From positions 32,001 to 96,000 of the IMG/VR virus record IMGVR_UViG_3300042940_001100: a stretch of 64,000 bases of DNA. One strand, 5' to 3'. The notes beneath the pieces are model-generated. The model worked only from the letters and a program-made list of their open reading frames with translations, had not been told where the DNA came from and did no database searches. The position numbers and the translations under genes were made by a program. This document shows, piece by piece, positions 41,001 to 50,900 of this stretch (positions are counted from its first letter, which is position 1; the number at the start of each line of letters is the position of its first letter). This stretch comes from a virus.

Positions 41001-44000
41001 ATGTTACATATCTTAAAAATCAGACTGATGTAAACAGCACATTCAAAGAATTTTCTACATTTTCTACCCAGTTAAGAAAGTTATTACCTGGGGGATTATA
41101 CAAGAATGGTTTACCTATAGACTATAAAGGAACTAAAGCTCAATGGGATAAACTAACTGATGCACAAAAAAGAAAAGAAAGTGAGTTTCATGATCTTGTA
41201 ACAAACTTTAAAGATAGTTTAGATAGACTTGTATATCATGAGTATAAAAATCTATTAGATGATTTAAACTGGACAGAAGAAGATGTTGAAAAAGCAGTAG
41301 CTAGTCCGGAAGCTATGGAAAAAATGATTACTTTCTTAATAAAAGAACTTAAAGAACAAGGCTTTAGTGATCATGAGATATCTATTCTACAAACGGATAC
41401 TAACTATAACACTATAGACTTTAGTATAAGCCCTCTTGCAGCAAGATTTGAAAAACTTATAATGTCTGTTATAAACAACCGACTTATAAGACTTAAACTT
41501 AGAGGTGAGCCTTTAGTTGAGGTATCCTCAGCTTTAATGCAAAACCCTAAGTTTAGAAATGCTACAAGAGAAGAACAAAAAAAGTATAATTACTTTAGTA
41601 CTAACGGTTTACCTTCTTATATAGTAGATCTAGCCGGCAAGAAAAACAATATAGGTTTTGGATTTAAAAGAGCTCTTAGAGAGATGGATCAAAATCTTTT
41701 CCAAACTATTTACTATGTTAAAAATGAAAAAGGTCAATATGTACCAGCTCTAGATAAGAACAAAAACAAAATTAAAATTGCTGTATACAAAACTACTAAA
41801 GATGAAAATGGTAAAGAAACTAAGTCTTTAGATATTGAAGCTAGTCTTGACAGACTTAATGAGATGTTATTGGTAAAAGAGTGGAAGCTTGATGATGAAA
41901 ACTTTAAAAAGCTAAGACTAACAGGTGTTAGGATTCCTGTACAGGGAGACAACTCTATGGAGTTTGGTGAAGTAGTTGAGTTTTTAAGTCCCGATGCTGG
42001 TCCTATTATCATTATCCCAGCTGAGCTTGTTGCCAAGTCTGGTACTGACTTTGACGTAGATAAGATGACTACTTACTTACCATACATAACCCGTACTGGT
42101 AAGTTATTAAAAGATAACATGTCAGAAGAAGCTTTAGAGAAAAAGATAGAAACTTTAAAAGAAAAGCTTAATAAGTATAAAAAGACTAAAGAAGCTATTG
42201 AGTTATTCAAGACTGAGAAGTCTGCTAAGTGGATGGATATAGGTCCTTCTTTTAACAAGTTTAGAAAAGCTATATTCAAAGATGTTAAAACCATGACTAA
42301 TACTTTAAGTGAAGAACAACTTAAAGCTTTAACAGGTAAAAATAGAGATATCATAAAAACTCTAGAACAACCTGGCATGGATGCTGTATTAAAGAATTTT
42401 AAAAGAGCATATAAGATCTATAACAGTGAAATAAAAGGAGCTACTCTTGAAGATATTAAAAATGTTGAAGAAGGTTTAGCTAACATGTATGAACAAAAAA
42501 GTGAGCTAGCCGGTGTTTATGATGAACTAAGCGATGCTCAAGAACACAAGAACAACTATATATCAGCTATTCAAAATAGATTAATAGAAGATATTGTAAA
42601 CATACTTCAGTTACCTGCAAAGGCTGCATCATTACTTTCTCCTAATGATACTAATATAATTAAGCCAATTGCTGATAATATGAAAGAGTATATCCAAGAA
42701 GCTGATGATGAAACAGATTATAGTAAGTCTTTAATTACAGGTAAGAAAGTAGCTAAAGGTGTTGTACCAGGTGTTATCTTTAGAGAGGATTATAACAATA
42801 AAAAACATCAAGAGTTTACTGTTAGTAAAGACTCCTTAGGTATTGCTGCTGTAGATAATCCTATTAATATTCTACTTAACCAAGCTGGTGCTAAGATGAA
42901 TAAATCTATGGCCAGTACTGGTTATACTTGGAGTAAAAAACAAGCTAATTATGTTAAATCAAAGGATATGTTTATACCTATAGATTTAAACCTTAAGCAT
43001 AACAAACTTGATGGTGCCATATCACTATCGCATATAATAGATACTAATGACAAACATGACATAGCTGAGGTTATAAATCAGTTAATGAATGGTTTGGTAG
43101 ATGCTGGTAATGATCCTTTTGTAGCTTACTTACAGGGTAATACAGATGTAGTACCTAAGGTTTTATTCATGCTAGAAGCAGGTGTCCCTTTTGAGCATAT
43201 TGCTGCTTTTGTAAATAATCCAATATCAAGAGCTTATGTAGCTGAAAAGAACAAACAGAAATCTGTTTTTTCAAAGCTTATCTATGGTTACCAACACATA
43301 CCAGGTGATTCTAAAAAAGCTGTAAGAACAGAGATGTTACAAAAGATAGGTCTTAACTTTAACTTTTCACCTAGTACTTTTGCTAACTTAGTTAGTATAG
43401 AGATAAATTCTGGTAATGTAATTGATACAGGTAACATACACGGTTTCTATAATGGTCTACAAGAACTATATGAGCCTGAGTACTTTACAGAAGGAAACTT
43501 AAATGCTATAGCTAAACAAGATGTTGACTTATCTAATAAAGAACAAGTTGCTGGTTTCTTACAGTACTTATACATAGAAGATCTTATTAAGGACTATGAT
43601 GACATGAAGAAGGCCTTCAACCCGGATACTAACAAAGTAAGTGATTTATTCTCTAGTCAAGCTAAGATTGAAGAAGTAAATGCTGTTGCTGAGTCAAGAT
43701 CTCTTGATTATGGTATTTTTGACTTTATAAGATATAAAAGTATTATTTCTCCTTTCTTTATACAGGAGCTTGCTAGAAAGTTGTTTAGTAGATTGTTTAA
43801 ACTAAGAGATAGTAAAATAGTAAATGATTTTCTTCTTGATCAGACAAAGAACTACACTAAAATGACTGATATCAAAAAGACTACAGGCTATGATACTGAA
43901 ACTTATGTTATAAAGTTTAAGAACTTTTTAGCACAATATATTTTTGCTAATGAGTTAAGACAATATGATCCTAAAAGCAAAACATACAAGGGTAGACAAA

Positions 44001-47000
44001 TATCACAAGCTTTCTTAGATCAAGCTAATAAAGACTTTGATGAAGAAAATTACTCTATCTATAGTAAAAGTCTTGACTCTTATAAAAGTCGTGGTCTAGC
44101 TCCTATAAACCCTGCAGCTTTTCAGTTTAGCAGAGGCTCACAAGATGGTGAAGCATATTTAAAATCTGTAGCTAAAATAAGACAAGACTTTATTGAGTTC
44201 ACTCTTGAGAGAGAATACTTAAGAAGAACTGTTCCTATGGCTAGCCTTTTAAATACTAAAGAATTTGAGCTTAGAAGAACAAGACTTATTGAGACAGATC
44301 AAAGAGTATATCAACAAACAAGTACTGAATCACAAGAAGAGTATGATGAGAGATTAAACAAGATGACTTATGAAGATTATCTTGCTAACCAAGCTCTTAA
44401 AAATACTTATAATATCTGGCAGTTATTTAGATCTGGTGATAATACAATAGCTAGAGAGCTTATGGATATTATCCAAAACTATAAAGAAATAGGTGATAAT
44501 ACTAACTACTCTATACTACAACAGTTTGCCCCACAAGGTATTTCCAATAGAAGTGATTTAGCCGGTATAAGTAACTTTCAACTTAAGAACTATTCTAACT
44601 TAGATGGGGGTCTTATAAATGACTACTTTAATCAATGGACAAACTTAGCTAATCCTGGTAAGTTTAAGATACTAGGAGAGAATACACAAGCAACAAAAGC
44701 TAATGCTTATGTAAGTAACTTTTTTGCAAAGCTTCCTATCTATGCTTTCTTACAATCAGGTATGGACTCAAGCCAATTCTCTTTATCATCTGTTATGCCT
44801 TATGATAAATACAAAGAGATAATGGAAAGAGCATCCGGTAACTTCTTAAGTAGATTAGATAAAGAAGATGCTAAGAAGATCTTGGGTGGTATAAATGAAC
44901 TATTTATTATAGAGAATTCAGTTAACAGAAGTAAGAAACCACTAAGAAACAGAGGTTTATTAGTAAAACAACCTACCCTTAACTTGCCTGTAGCTAATAC
45001 TAACTTATATGAGCAACCATTCTTAAAAGAAGTTGAGCAAGATATATTTGAGATGGATACCTTTACTATGAATGGTAGAACTGTTACTATAGATGCTAAT
45101 GATCCTATAGTAAACTTACTAAGAAATGGTAATAAAGATACCATATTCTTAATGAGTCCTTCTGACTTGTTTAAGTTTCAAAATACATACTTAACAGCTG
45201 ATGAAGTAGATCAGGCTATACTTGACTATCATGTAGCTACAGATAGACTTAAAGCTACAGGTAAAAAGATTGTAGTAAATGTAAACAACTTTGGTGGCAA
45301 AAAAGTAGCTAAGGTTGAACCATCTACAGCAAACATCCCGGGTGTTGAAACTACAAAAGTGATTGCTAACCCTAAGATAATATCTGATGGTGATCTAGCA
45401 GCTTTCAAAATGGAGGTAGATAAAAACAAAGGCACCTTACCTAAAACATTCTTTACTAATAATAACATGACTAAGTGGTTGCTTAATAGCAAGAACTTAT
45501 ATGACTTAGTAGATAAAGTAACCGGTGAGATATATCTTAGAGATGTAAACCTTGAGACAGGTATATCTGAAGCTCCTCTTCCTGCTATAAAAACAGCACC
45601 TGCTCTACCTACTACTACTACTCAGCCAGTTAATAGATTATCAGGACAAATGACAATGTCTTATGGTAAAAATAAGAGATCTGATGTTACAAGTAACACA
45701 ACCTTTGATGCAATAATTAAAGGTGAAAGAACAGCTACTACAAGATATAGTAATAAAAAAGCTTTTGACTATTGGAAAAGTGCTAAGGTTGGTGATATAA
45801 TAACTTGGGAATCTGCTGATGGTAGAACAGTTGATGTTGTTGTTACAAAAGCTCTTCATCCATTGAAAGGTTCAGATAAAAATCCTGAGTCTTGGTCTAA
45901 GTTAGAAGGTTGGTCTGTAGATTACTTTGAAAATAAAGTAAGACCAGAACTTGATAATGCATGGCAAATAGAGTTTAAACTAGCTGAACCTACACAAAAC
46001 ATTCAACCACAAGTTTCTACAGATAAAACAAGACCGGTGTTTGATTCACTTCCTGGAAAATCTGCTACACCTACTATGACTTATGCTGGTATAGGATCTA
46101 GAGAAACTCCAAAAGAAGTTCTTGATCTGATGACTAAAGCTGCTAACTATCTTGATGGTTTAGGCTACACTTTACAAACAGGCTTTACTTTTAAAAATAA
46201 AGAAACAAGTTTAGATGAAGAAGGTGCAGATAAAGCTTTCTCAGATGGAAGTAAAAACAAAACTTTGTTTGGTCCTTATGGTATAAGAAAAACTATTAAT
46301 GGTGTTACATCTGTTGATAAGTATAATGAAAATGTTACTGAAAAGTCCAACAGTATAGTTAAAGAAATACACCCTGCACCAGATAGATTAACACCAGGAG
46401 CAGTAAAGCTTATGGCTAGAAATACTAACCAAATCTTTGGTAAAAATCTTGATAGTACAGTAGACTTTGTATTATTCTATGCTCAAGAAACAAAAGATCC
46501 TTTAAGACCAAAAGGTGGTACAGGGCAAGCTGTTGAAATGGCAAGAAGAAAAGGTATACCTACTATTAACATGGCAGATGCTAATTGGAGAGAACAATTA
46601 AAAGCAGCTATTGCTAATAAGTCTTCTGCTCAACCTATCACTCAACCAGCTGCTGTAGAAAAGACTCCTCAACCAGGTGATGTAGTATCTTATAATGAAA
46701 AGCCATATTTATTATGGAATATTAATGCTGCTGGAAAAGCACAACTTACTGATCCTGATGGTACCAAGTTTACAGGAACTCCTAACATAGACAAATTAGG
46801 TTATATAAAAACTTTACCTAAAGTAGAGTTTAACAATAAGATGTTTGTTGTAGATAGTAAGAATAAAATATTCTCATTATCTACTGGTAATGAGGTATAC
46901 AAAAAAGCTGCTGAGAGATCTCAGATTCTTGATAAACTTAAGAGTTCTACTACTCAACCATCTACTGGTGTTGAAGTTAAGGAAGTTATACCTCAATATG

Positions 47001-47989
47001 GTGTAGTACAAGCTTCAACAAATCCTACTAAAGAGTTTGATAACAAATTAGTAAATGCAATATCAGACAACATTAAGAAAAATGCTTATGTTGAAAATGG
47101 TAGTAACACAGCTAATCTTATGTTTAGTTATGGATGGCAATGGAAAGGTAATAATACCAAAAATGTTACAGGAGAAAAATTAAAAGTTCAACCAGCTCAA
47201 GTAGATTTTAATGCTACTGGTAAATTACAACCTATTAAACCTTATTATTTTTATGACTCTAAATATAATGATGGCACACCAGTACCAAACATTAAAGAAT
47301 TAGATTTCTTAAAAAGACATATAGAAAAAACATTAGGTATTGATATGTCTAACTATGACATTGCTTTAAATAATATATATACTAAGGGTACAAAATTATA
47401 TAGACATACTGATATTGATGAATCTAATACTGCTAAAGGTTATCCAGTTGTAGTATATGTATTAGGTAATGAACATAAAGTAAGAGTTGATGATAACGGA
47501 GGTAAAGCAGTAAGAGGAGCCGGTCAAATGGTAAATCCTAAAACACTTACATTACGTAATGGTGATATTTATACATTTGGTATGGATGGTAAAGGTAGAT
47601 TTGAAGCAGTACATGATGTTATTGAAGCACCAAAAACTGATTCAAGTTTTCCTCCAATTACATTACCTGATGGTACAGTTACTAGTAACTACACTGTAAC
47701 TTTTACATTCAGAAGAGCCGCTGATTTAGAGCCCGAAATGCCAACTGCACCAGCTAAACTTACTACACAACCAGCTGTTCAACCTACTACTACAGATGTA
47801 GAGCCAGATATTGTAAACAAAAAGCAAGAACTACTTAAAAAGATAAATAAGGCTGTTAGACAAACAAACTTAACTGAGCTATTAGCTGAAAAAGGTTATG
47901 ATGTAAAAGATATTATTAGTAACTTGGAGGCTGTTAAAACACAAGAAGACTTAAATAAAATAAACAAAATACTAGATAAGTTATGCTAA
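35066..47989 (+). CDS. Virion-packaged DNA-dependent RNA polymerase polyprotein (crAss-like vRNAP) with zincin protease and C-terminal ASCH-, SLOG- and AlkB-like domains
   Basis: 4307 aa. Catalytic GTDFDVDK (42047-42061) preceded by RIPVQG; DGQGW and TQLRK motifs of crAss-like RNAPs; HEAWH...EEFIAEEF zincin (37145-37159). Confidence 0.85.
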   Translation: MVCDLSKNNLKEKLESYVNALLVKSYTNDPTFDYKKIVDTIYKDVLGKSNDENLALGMAYHVPQMIFDLVTDNKKQLGLKNLITKGYDVGVLSAEIDKLATSIDKLGAVAILLGKPIKSLDEIETFVANQPTDQATMLLSVPGTSLTVDTLVLASNAGFFATSQSGAEIDKKTNLPFASKSNEDAAFYQGVLSGIMAAKRPDDNDFSKVTFGNHTGFAGRLMFERSIPGKIRLDRESQLAYEILSFVLTDSKTGEILYFKPDNTIGDIDNGRPIYLLLKTTNPKNKDFEKHKAAIKASMMSMLDRTNMTAEQIENAKKEADKVISNQLEQIEAAKRKIRFGEPVPVDITGGFKGATQNVDNIVGEETRKKLTFPLSEFDVNDKAKQSIVFTVENVSGQPENLPAIQFPNVDNLISLKNPNKIGEKAEDADILNNIVDILTQDLKVGDKAVPDIDKVDNVGQYIQLKAKNYTIGTTLVNGDQKLEINLGGNVLDLSDKEAARRVLKDFLGKNATIHFHKKSYDKNSYTAFKLTPDNGAFNVSKSDEDYYKFISPRLYPRLVRDERTKLPMVLNGYFRFQPVVTAKEVADKVEEVTKEVVKEEVPVTKKQAEEDYDELLRSRLLDSIVTPEEDAEAKAWWEESALSKATYKDENGVVKPLFTLNPLRNAVNSEAWASFRDSVITLYEGANYSHVYHEAWHAFSQTYLTYSERTKFYKAVSKLPGSFKVAKATGQGNIELVDVEFSKAERKELEEFIAEEFRTYALNKGKFKTENEKTNIFKWIFDRIWKALKALVGGSTAINIYSNPGSEGVLGEIFNTLYTAKSQEQLLPYASNIKNGEFGLLNSGVVNKEHPEDVLSLSESLLVSKTIDGIISKATTEKVQSGSLSAASLIFRSPKELKKVYEKALTELSDKREEFLKQLKALPADKVVEKAVLDNKISVLTRATKPYMYGNITQILEGTNVTDSIIAFHRQNSEFKDMFVKFKISKEEAVDLDEEQLENNLIGRNFDAGNSSTESEKLANELTVYIIKSLLKQNKDGSYVLNELGFPEPIEFKPFWRVMMDKCSGETSIMGLYNKIKTAGNTVSPLFKQLLDKIFKLKTILDTDNKEITLSEEQSMAAFITEGSVTGEMWMKLVQSFNLFRIDLVNVNITQTDEGIEVKVGKSSAEYQNIIRNWQSAYQQKEADRHTAKNKDKVNYINTKNVVEDYIQKKYNDAGKLFVTVAKEDYVPFLNSIGINLSDTEEIREFLQPNDVRYLAETIVKIDDYINDIEKNYKGLQKEEKLKEIQKILSAPIDLFRTGKSLPNKEPITNSGGTVNSLANLEANFSEEYASGMRLTPDGEKKSVFSLNSTDTQKVRALQNAKQKGDLSSDHPEFMHMNYLNPANNPEVNGSVYMKSMFDPSGKRISNNINIFDLSGSQFNVDRKDESSTIGITYSKMNATDKFISDFISTLTAGFMQGILPGDKSSYYSLKIDNITTYTNKKTNYLFVDTSAFLKNKDGVNVAGYDGMDKTIEILYPKLEGEIRRIAMIKAAPEYYKNIKGFEKGEEFTIFSEMLDSKDNLKEKLASAEFFKKFAESNMSLMDFLNMSDNLALKKKIDANIKTYFEKLVKEYNKNLFEKTFGKTAVLPNSINKTLSTIILKELTADQIQALGDNYNSNIKDAAMMSYMVNNFLHKTETTLLLQGDGFQFDHSKDQAPKRTPGSQSGGRVFAVDKLTQHWVNTKVGRPLEEKLLKENAIKKENGSTEVTKYNGIYNTAIIKESQVGSVYFEMYRDLFKKMFKEKGLEGDALNIALYGQDTDGKIGTGARKADGTYDTYGGKMNPYAKIKDGDGQGWITFDSYRILKRVEGQWSNAQEDAYMKIVRGQVLGADELSDLFPVYKLQYNGNLATETGRYPVQAFHKFSLFPLIPTVIKNYPAEQMHLAMMQQNIDYALFESGSKRSHIKPSADVSGDVIYNNGDTSDILPKDKIKFTKNSVYVTYLKNQTDVNSTFKEFSTFSTQLRKLLPGGLYKNGLPIDYKGTKAQWDKLTDAQKRKESEFHDLVTNFKDSLDRLVYHEYKNLLDDLNWTEEDVEKAVASPEAMEKMITFLIKELKEQGFSDHEISILQTDTNYNTIDFSISPLAARFEKLIMSVINNRLIRLKLRGEPLVEVSSALMQNPKFRNATREEQKKYNYFSTNGLPSYIVDLAGKKNNIGFGFKRALREMDQNLFQTIYYVKNEKGQYVPALDKNKNKIKIAVYKTTKDENGKETKSLDIEASLDRLNEMLLVKEWKLDDENFKKLRLTGVRIPVQGDNSMEFGEVVEFLSPDAGPIIIIPAELVAKSGTDFDVDKMTTYLPYITRTGKLLKDNMSEEALEKKIETLKEKLNKYKKTKEAIELFKTEKSAKWMDIGPSFNKFRKAIFKDVKTMTNTLSEEQLKALTGKNRDIIKTLEQPGMDAVLKNFKRAYKIYNSEIKGATLEDIKNVEEGLANMYEQKSELAGVYDELSDAQEHKNNYISAIQNRLIEDIVNILQLPAKAASLLSPNDTNIIKPIADNMKEYIQEADDETDYSKSLITGKKVAKGVVPGVIFREDYNNKKHQEFTVSKDSLGIAAVDNPINILLNQAGAKMNKSMASTGYTWSKKQANYVKSKDMFIPIDLNLKHNKLDGAISLSHIIDTNDKHDIAEVINQLMNGLVDAGNDPFVAYLQGNTDVVPKVLFMLEAGVPFEHIAAFVNNPISRAYVAEKNKQKSVFSKLIYGYQHIPGDSKKAVRTEMLQKIGLNFNFSPSTFANLVSIEINSGNVIDTGNIHGFYNGLQELYEPEYFTEGNLNAIAKQDVDLSNKEQVAGFLQYLYIEDLIKDYDDMKKAFNPDTNKVSDLFSSQAKIEEVNAVAESRSLDYGIFDFIRYKSIISPFFIQELARKLFSRLFKLRDSKIVNDFLLDQTKNYTKMTDIKKTTGYDTETYVIKFKNFLAQYIFANELRQYDPKSKTYKGRQISQAFLDQANKDFDEENYSIYSKSLDSYKSRGLAPINPAAFQFSRGSQDGEAYLKSVAKIRQDFIEFTLEREYLRRTVPMASLLNTKEFELRRTRLIETDQRVYQQTSTESQEEYDERLNKMTYEDYLANQALKNTYNIWQLFRSGDNTIARELMDIIQNYKEIGDNTNYSILQQFAPQGISNRSDLAGISNFQLKNYSNLDGGLINDYFNQWTNLANPGKFKILGENTQATKANAYVSNFFAKLPIYAFLQSGMDSSQFSLSSVMPYDKYKEIMERASGNFLSRLDKEDAKKILGGINELFIIENSVNRSKKPLRNRGLLVKQPTLNLPVANTNLYEQPFLKEVEQDIFEMDTFTMNGRTVTIDANDPIVNLLRNGNKDTIFLMSPSDLFKFQNTYLTADEVDQAILDYHVATDRLKATGKKIVVNVNNFGGKKVAKVEPSTANIPGVETTKVIANPKIISDGDLAAFKMEVDKNKGTLPKTFFTNNNMTKWLLNSKNLYDLVDKVTGEIYLRDVNLETGISEAPLPAIKTAPALPTTTTQPVNRLSGQMTMSYGKNKRSDVTSNTTFDAIIKGERTATTRYSNKKAFDYWKSAKVGDIITWESADGRTVDVVVTKALHPLKGSDKNPESWSKLEGWSVDYFENKVRPELDNAWQIEFKLAEPTQNIQPQVSTDKTRPVFDSLPGKSATPTMTYAGIGSRETPKEVLDLMTKAANYLDGLGYTLQTGFTFKNKETSLDEEGADKAFSDGSKNKTLFGPYGIRKTINGVTSVDKYNENVTEKSNSIVKEIHPAPDRLTPGAVKLMARNTNQIFGKNLDSTVDFVLFYAQETKDPLRPKGGTGQAVEMARRKGIPTINMADANWREQLKAAIANKSSAQPITQPAAVEKTPQPGDVVSYNEKPYLLWNINAAGKAQLTDPDGTKFTGTPNIDKLGYIKTLPKVEFNNKMFVVDSKNKIFSLSTGNEVYKKAAERSQILDKLKSSTTQPSTGVEVKEVIPQYGVVQASTNPTKEFDNKLVNAISDNIKKNAYVENGSNTANLMFSYGWQWKGNNTKNVTGEKLKVQPAQVDFNATGKLQPIKPYYFYDSKYNDGTPVPNIKELDFLKRHIEKTLGIDMSNYDIALNNIYTKGTKLYRHTDIDESNTAKGYPVVVYVLGNEHKVRVDDNGGKAVRGAGQMVNPKTLTLRNGDIYTFGMDGKGRFEAVHDVIEAPKTDSSFPPITLPDGTVTSNYTVTFTFRRAADLEPEMPTAPAKLTTQPAVQPTTTDVEPDIVNKKQELLKKINKAVRQTNLTELLAEKGYDVKDIISNLEAVKTQEDLNKINKILDKLC

Positions 47990-50900
47990 ATAGTTGTCCT
48001 AATGAATCCTCACAAGAGTGGAAAGACATACTAAAAGAAACCAATGGTAATAGAGAAAGAGCTTTAGAGCTATGGGAGGAAAGAGGTTTTGCTGATAATG
48101 AAGATCTTAACAGTGAACCAGAAGCAGAAAAAGAAGAGGTTCCTGATATTGATCCTGAAAAGGACACAGCTTTTGGCAAGCTTATTGGTTCTATCAAAGT
48201 TTTTGTTAATAAACAACTTGCTATTCTACAGCAAAAAGTGGTAAGGGATCAAGAAACAAAAGAAAAAAAACTACAAGATCTTATCAAAAATATAGAGGCT
48301 GCAGAAGGTGTAGATTCTATATACATATTTATTAAAGATGCATATAACAATGCTAACAGAGCAAAAAAACAATTAGAAGATCTTATAAAAAATAAAGATG
48401 CTTATGATAGAAAAGATCTGATGGGTAAGATGTTAGCTATATCTGATTTTATTAATGGTTACTCTATATTAGATGAGTTAAATAATGCTGACTTAAAAGA
48501 GTACTTTATGCAAAGAGTAAGTATAAAGATACCAGAAGGTGAACTTACTCCACAACAACTTGTAAGTGCAGCTATTGCAACAAAAAATGATATAAAAGCA
48601 AGATACATAAATCAAGGTATACCTTTGATGGCTGACTTTTTATTAGGTTATACTACTGAGTTGGGAGCTACTATTCTTGACCAAATAGATACACTGAACA
48701 AGCGTATTAAAAACTTAGCTTTTGAAAATCTAAGTGATAAGAAAAAAGAAGAAAGAGCAAAAGAGTACCAAGATAAAATAGATAAACTACAATCTTTTTC
48801 TTTAAATAAAAAAACACTTGTTGAAGCTCTTAGAAGTTTTACCTCTGATACAGGAGTACTTAGTTTCTTAATGGATCCACTTATTAGTTCTGAAGATTCA
48901 GTTTTAGCTCTATTTGCTAAAGCGGTTAAGAGTCAACTAGAAAATGCCCGGATGAAGGATGATGATAACTTAAAATATGTAGGCAAAGCTTTTGATAATT
49001 ATAAAGCATCTAACACTGCTAATAGAGATAACCCTGCAAAGTTTAATGAAGGTATATATGAAACAGTAACTGTTACCTATACAGATAAAAATGGTGAGAA
49101 AAAGACTGCAGAAAGAATAGACTTTGTACAAAAGTATGATCAAGAAAAGTTTAAGCAAGCTAGAAAAGCTTTCCGCAAGTCTTTAGGCGAAGCTCCTAAG
49201 TTATCTGAAGTCCCTACTAAACAGGAAAAAATAAAGCTTAAAGAATACATATCCAAGGTTGCTGCCTGGAACAGAGAAAATACAGAGCCTAAACCTAAAG
49301 AGGAGATAGACAAGATCATAGCAGCAAAAGAAAAACAAAGGAATGCTAATCTTATAACAGAAGAAGAATATAACAAGTGGAAAAAGTCTGTGATGTATAC
49401 AGACAAGTTTGGTAATACTACTTATAAAAGAGAACTATCACAACCTGCAAAAAAATATATAAGTACTAAGTGGTTAGCTATGTACGATGTTAATGATAAG
49501 CCTAAAAATAATAAGGGTGAATATCATAAAGCTCTACTAAAAATATACTTTGAAGCACAAGATAAATTGCCGGCTTCTAAAAGAAGAGGTTTTAGAGTAC
49601 CTTCTGTACCAAAGTCTGACCTAGAAAGAGCTATAGCAAATGGCCTTATAGATCTAACAAAACAAAATTTCTCAGATGCTATTAATGTTAAAGTTTATGA
49701 TCCAGAATTTGGTCTAGCTGGTCTAGGAGAAACAGAAGCAAAGTTTTTACCTGTTCACTACACACAAGCTATGAATGCAGAAAATGTTAGTCTTGACTTA
49801 GCAAAGTCAGTACTGTTATTTGCAGCAATGGCTAATAGATATGAAGCTTTAAATGAGATACACTCAGAAATATCTATGTTCCAAACTATTATAGGAGATA
49901 GAAAAATTGCTGAAACTAATAGTAAAGGTGAGCCTATTCTTGATGCTTTTGCTAATAAGCAAGGTTATGTAGAGTACATTAAACAAAATGGAGAAGCTTA
50001 TTCTAAAAAACATGTAGATGCTTTTATAGATATGGTTGTCTATGGAGAGATGCAAAAGGCTGAAGAAATATTAGGTGTTTCTCTATCTAAAATAACAAAT
50101 ATTGGTACCGGTATATCAGCCGTTACTACTATTGCCCTAGATGTTCTTAAAGGTGTGGCTAATAACTTACAAGGTAATATACAGTTAATTATAGAAGCTA
50201 ACTCAGGAGAATTTTTTAATAAGAAAAATCTAGCTTTAGGTAAAGTTGAGTATATGAAAGAGTTACCAGGAATACTTGCTGACTTTGGAAAGTCTTACCC
50301 TGAAAGTTTTCTTGGTCAACTTATAAATAGATATGATCCTATGCAAGGAACATATAAAGATCATTATGGTAAAGATGTTACAGGTTCCGTAGCAAGCAAG
50401 CTATTTAGAACTAACACATTATTCTTTAACCAGCAGTTTGGTGAACATGAAATACAAGTATCATGTATGCTTGCTCTTATGGATGCAACTACAGTTACAG
50501 CTAAGGATGGTACCCAGATGACTTTGCTAAATGCTTATAAAAAGTTTGGAGTAACAGGTGTTGCTGAAAACACAGATTTTACAGAAAAGAAAAGACAAGC
50601 TTTACAAAATAGACTTCATGCTTTAAGTAAAAGAATGCATGGTGTTTACAATGATTTTGATAAAGGTACAGCTGGTAGATATTCTTTAGGAAGATTAGCT
50701 ACAATGTATAGAAAGCATCTTGTTCCTGGATACATGAGAAGGTTTAAGTCTTTATCAATGGATCAAGAACTAGGTACTATTACTGAAGGTTTTTATAGAA
50801 CTTTCTGGAATACTTTTGTAAGAGATCTTAGAGATTACAAATTTAATGTTGCACAAAATTGGTCTACATATTCAGCATTTGAAAAAGCTCAGATAAAAAG

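Noticed and set aside
4262-50055. Many short - strand ORFs opposite the structural genes, and short + strand ORFs opposite the replication genes (51717-63897)
   Set aside because: They lie antisense within long coding genes and have F/L/S/I-rich shadow composition with no motifs.
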